From assembly GCF_009914755.1 (NCBI RefSeq), contig NC_060931.1: a stretch of DNA of 64,000 nucleotides. The stretch is one strand, 5' to 3'. Source of the stretch: the human T2T-CHM13v2.0 reference genome, Homo sapiens. The position numbers and the translations under genes are program-made. The notes under the pieces are model-generated. The model saw nothing but the letters and a program-made list of their open reading frames with translations. It ran no database searches and was not told where the DNA came from. Below, one piece after another: positions 60,104 to 64,000 of the stretch (position 1 is its first letter; each line of letters opens with the position of its first letter).

Positions 60104-61824
60104 CTGTTACACTTATCTTTATTCCCCTCATCCATTCTTTTCTCTGGACTATGTTAGTGCTCTGGTAACATCCTTTCCCTCATTCAATCCCAACTCTCCT
60201 AAACCCCCTTGAGTATGTTCACCAGTGGTTTATTGACATCCATCTATTCTTGTTCTCTCCAAGCCCAGCAAAAATAAGAAAACATATTTTGGGGTAGACA
60301 GATGCTGACCCCTGACAATTTCTCTTTGATTTTCCTCCACATTTTCTCTTTATTTTTTGCTTCACTAACCTTTAAGCCAGAGTAAATAAAAATGACTGGA
60401 GATGACTGATTTGCCCCAGATTACACATTAAGTTAGTGGTGATACTAGCGCCAGGGCCCAGGGCTGACTCTGCTATACCATACTCCCTTCCCTGATGGTG
60501 CCTGCTTTTCTGAAAGCTTCTTGCCCTATTATAAAGGAAGAAGCATCTACTCCAGATGTTGAAAAAGGTAAGGAGCGGTTATGAAGGCCCAGCCCTGGGG
60601 ATAGCTTAGCATTTTGCATTTAGTGCAAACCCATTTGCAGCTTTTCCTCATATTTGGTTGAAAGCATTTGCATTATACAGTTCATTTATGCCTTTATCAT
60701 AATTAGGTGCAAGTTGCTGCTGCAATATGCTTGTCTGCATTATTACCGTACTTGCCTATTTTCATTCCTGCTCATCCTACGTTATTGTGTCTTACTGGGT
60801 TCATGTCAAATCTTTTCAATGTGTATAATATTCTGCTTTCGGAAATCAGGAGGGGGCAAAGATTGTTATGTCAAAAATTCAGAGAAAATGAAGAAATGTG
60901 TGTACATGTGCACATATAGAGAGAAACTGCATTGAAATCACAGCGAGATTGTGGCAGAAATGAGAAAACCTAAGATTAACGGCTTAGAGGGTTTTTATGC
61001 TCCTGGAACTCAGAAATGGTATGTTTGCAGTTGCTGCACAAACATGGTCTAATTGCTGAAGCTATTTTTAAAAAGCACGCTGAAACCATGAAGCTAGGGA
61101 AGTTCAAAGGCTTGCTCTTGCATGTGCTCAGTCATCTTTCCCAACTCTTATTGCAAAATGATTTTTTGCTTGAGGACAGAGTGTTGGGTATCTGTGACAG
61201 CCACGGTGACATGGGCTGGGAGGTGTCTCCAGAGCAGCTCCAGCAGATCCCTGATGGCCCACTGGGTAATTAAAAGCTAAGTGGAATGTTGAAAAAACGT
61301 CCATACAATTTGATCGGTCAATTTGCTTGCTTTTTTGAGAATTTAAATGAGACCTTCAGAATCATTTGAACTTTTAAAAGGAAATCATTTCAAAAGTCGT
61401 CGAAAGCGAGTGTGTTTGATGTGTCTTAAGTGACGGGCAAGACTGAACTCATTTTAGGTGGTTGTTGATAGTATGGATGCAGCTGTGAAACTTGAATCAG
61501 AATCATGCGCCATCCTTCAGTCAACTTTGTAAGGCACATTTCTCCCGGAAATCCCACAACTGTTGATTATTCTCTTGTACGGCCGTGGAATCTGAGAGCT
61601 TTCAATTAGCCCCTAAGGGCACGAGAAGTTGAGGGTATTTTCCAAATAACAGGGTCTACATGCAAATGACGTGGTAGGAGCAGGGGTAGGATGAGCCAGA
61701 GAAAGCTGGAGCCTGGCTTCTGCCCCATTCTCTCCAGCTCACTCGCTGTAGAAAGCCAGTGGCTAAAGGCCCTTGTTGGAGCCAGGGGAGTCTTTGGTAG
61801 GAGACCCCTGAAGAGCATGTACCC

Positions 61825-62197
61825 TGATGTGGTTTGGCTGTGTCCCCACCCAAATCTCATCTTGAATTGTAGCTCCCATAATTCCCACGTGTTGTGGGAG
61901 GGACCCGTGGGGAGGTAATTGAATCATAGGGGTGGGTTTTTCCCATGCTGTTCTTGTGGTAGTGAACAAGTCTCATGAGATCGGATGGTTTTCTGAGGGG
62001 TTTCCCCTTTCGCTTGGCCCTCATTCTGTGTTTCCCACCTCCATGTAAGACATCCTTTTGCTCTTCCTTCATCTTACACCATGATGGTGGGGCCTCCCCA
62101 GTCATGTGGCACTGCGAGTCCATTAAGCCTCTTTTTCTTTATGAATTGCCCAGTCATGGGTGTGTCTTTATTAGCAGCGTGAGAATGAGCTAATACA
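61825..62197 (+). mobile_element. THE1B-like solo LTR
   Basis: TGATGTGGTTTGGCTGTGTCCCCACCCAAATCTCATC...TAATACA; TSD TACCC/TACAC. Confidence 0.93.
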
Positions 62198-62478
62198 TAC
62201 ACTAACCAAGCACCCTCTGTGGCTGACTCCAAGTTGTCATGGAAGTTGATAAAGTACCCTTGAGAGCTTAGTACCAAGTCACGTGCTGACTGACTGGGTT
62301 TTACACGTCCTAGCCACCTTCCACCCAGACCACTGTATCCAAAACCTGGCCTGGCCACGTTTTGGATAACTTTTTACTTACTTTTTTATTTAGTGAACTA
62401 CAGTTTATTTGATCATTCTTGATCACTTTATTAAGCGGAAGGAGATGTTAATCTCTGAAAAGTCTATCCTTTTACTTC

Positions 62479-62959
62479 CCTAAACCAAAAAGTGACTGGA
62501 GCAGATCTCAATAGATGAGAAGTTTATTTTGTCAAGGTTGAGGGCACACCCAGGAAAAAGAAACACAAGTCATAGTAGGATCTATGGCCTGTGCTTTTTC
62601 CAAAGAGGGTTTTTGGAACTTCAGTATTTAGAGAAAAGAACAAGCAAGAGTAGCGGGGGGTGGGAAAGAGGGAGGGAGAGGAGGCAATGAGGCCAGTGGT
62701 CACATTCCTGTGAAGCCCTGACCAGCCCTCAGTGGATCTACATTTTACATGTGAAGAAAGGGAATCAGGGAAAGTCAATTATGATTCTCTCTCTGCTTAG
62801 TAAATCTACACTTTACATGAGTTAAAGTAAACATGTGACATCATAGCTGTCTGTTTGGGAACAAAAGGAAGGCAGTGTTTTGCATGACTCAGTTCCCAGC
62901 CCTAACTTCCCCTTTGGCACAGTGAGTTTGGGGTCCTGAGTTTCTATTTTCCTTGCACA
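62479..62959 (-). mobile_element. MER4-family ERV1 solo LTR
   Basis: Reverse of TGTG-AAGGAAAATA...GGACCCCAAACTCAC...GGGAACTGAGTCA. Confidence 0.8.
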
Positions 62960-63334
62960 CGTCTTAGTGCTGTGATAGAAAAGGGGTTTATTTGAACTCT
63001 TGCCATCTTTGTCTTAAAAGATGATGGAAAGTCAACTGTCTGTGGATGTGATAGGCAAATCAGTTGTTTTAAGCAATTCTTAGGTAAGATTTAACATGGC
63101 CTCAACTAATTACTTAAGAGACAGCTAGGAATTATTTCTGTTTGCCTGTACTTTGCCTCTGTATGTGTGTGTGTGCATTGCATTTCTAGGGAAAATATTG
63201 AATAGCAGTTTCTTTTTTGAATAATTATGTATTAGAGAAATTTAGCAATATTCTTCCCAAATTCTATATACTTTACATTACCCTTCATTTTACCTTCCAG
63301 CTGATAGAAGAGGGAAAATTGTAGATTATTAATT

Positions 63335-63392
63335 GATAGATAGATAGACAGACAGATTGTCAGGGAGATGGATGGATGGATAGATAGATAAT
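63335..63392. repeat. (GATA)n/(GACA)n/(GATG)n tetranucleotide repeat
   Basis: GATAGATAGATAGACAGACAGA...GATGGATGGATGGATAGATAGATA. Confidence 0.85.
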
Positions 63393-64000
63393 AGAGGACT
63401 TTAGCTTATATAGCAATTCCTGATACAGGCACAGATGCAGACTCATAGTATAAAGTTGCTTATCATGGCAAGTGCCTGACATTTCACCATTTTGATGACT
63501 ATTCTAGGCCCAAAAGCTCACAGACTGGGGGCAAATCTTTTCCATCTAAAAACACTCCCATCATCCCTTAACAAACTGATGACAACATAATTGTTTTCTA
63601 TCAAATGAATCCTGAAATAGTATAAAACATACAAAAATTCAGTCTGTTTCATGGAGCATACACCTTCAAAATTCTTTTCAGGCTTATTTTTGTCACTAAA
63701 TAAAAATCAATCACTTGAAAGCATACGTCTCTGATTTCTATCCCTTGTCTTATAGGCAGGTGTCTCTATTTCCAAGTCAGCATTCATTATGCACTTAGCT
63801 AATATTTATTGAACCTCTGTGTTCTGTTGGTAGTTATGAGTGTGATGCAGGGGTGGCTGGGATATCAGGTGTCCTCTTTGAGGGTTTCTCTCCAGGGTAG
63901 ACGGGAAGCCTCATTGCATCCAGGGTACAGAAAGGTGTGACAGATTCCCCAAGACACGGGCTGCACTTTGGGGCACTGTGGAACTCACAGGTGAGCCCCT

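Overview
Primate (catarrhine-type, AluY present; human-like) genomic DNA, largely made of interspersed repeats. I count about 21 Alu/FLAM/FRAM copies, several old L1M/L1PA pieces, MaLR/ERV solo LTRs, MER DNA transposons, MIR and L2, many with readable target-site duplications and nested insertions. I recognise no protein-coding gene, RNA gene or locus identity, and nearly all ORFs in the track are repeat-derived or chance. Repeat orientation and poly-T bias suggest the window lies inside a long + strand transcription unit (intron or lncRNA). Between repeats are AT-rich, homeobox-motif-dense unique blocks that look like conserved developmental enhancers. The strongest lead is a 240-nt, splice-site-bounded, symmetric, protein-like open frame at 26618-26857 beside a small CpG-rich patch. 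Weaker exon-like frames at about 8.4, 13.5, 14.4 and 61.0 kb raise the unproven possibility of an unannotated or decayed gene. Smaller curiosities are a hairpin-bounded micro-inversion in an AluY, an interleaved triple inverted repeat at 34 kb and a strong G-quadruplex motif. Repeat subfamily names come from recalled consensus motifs and are approximate.
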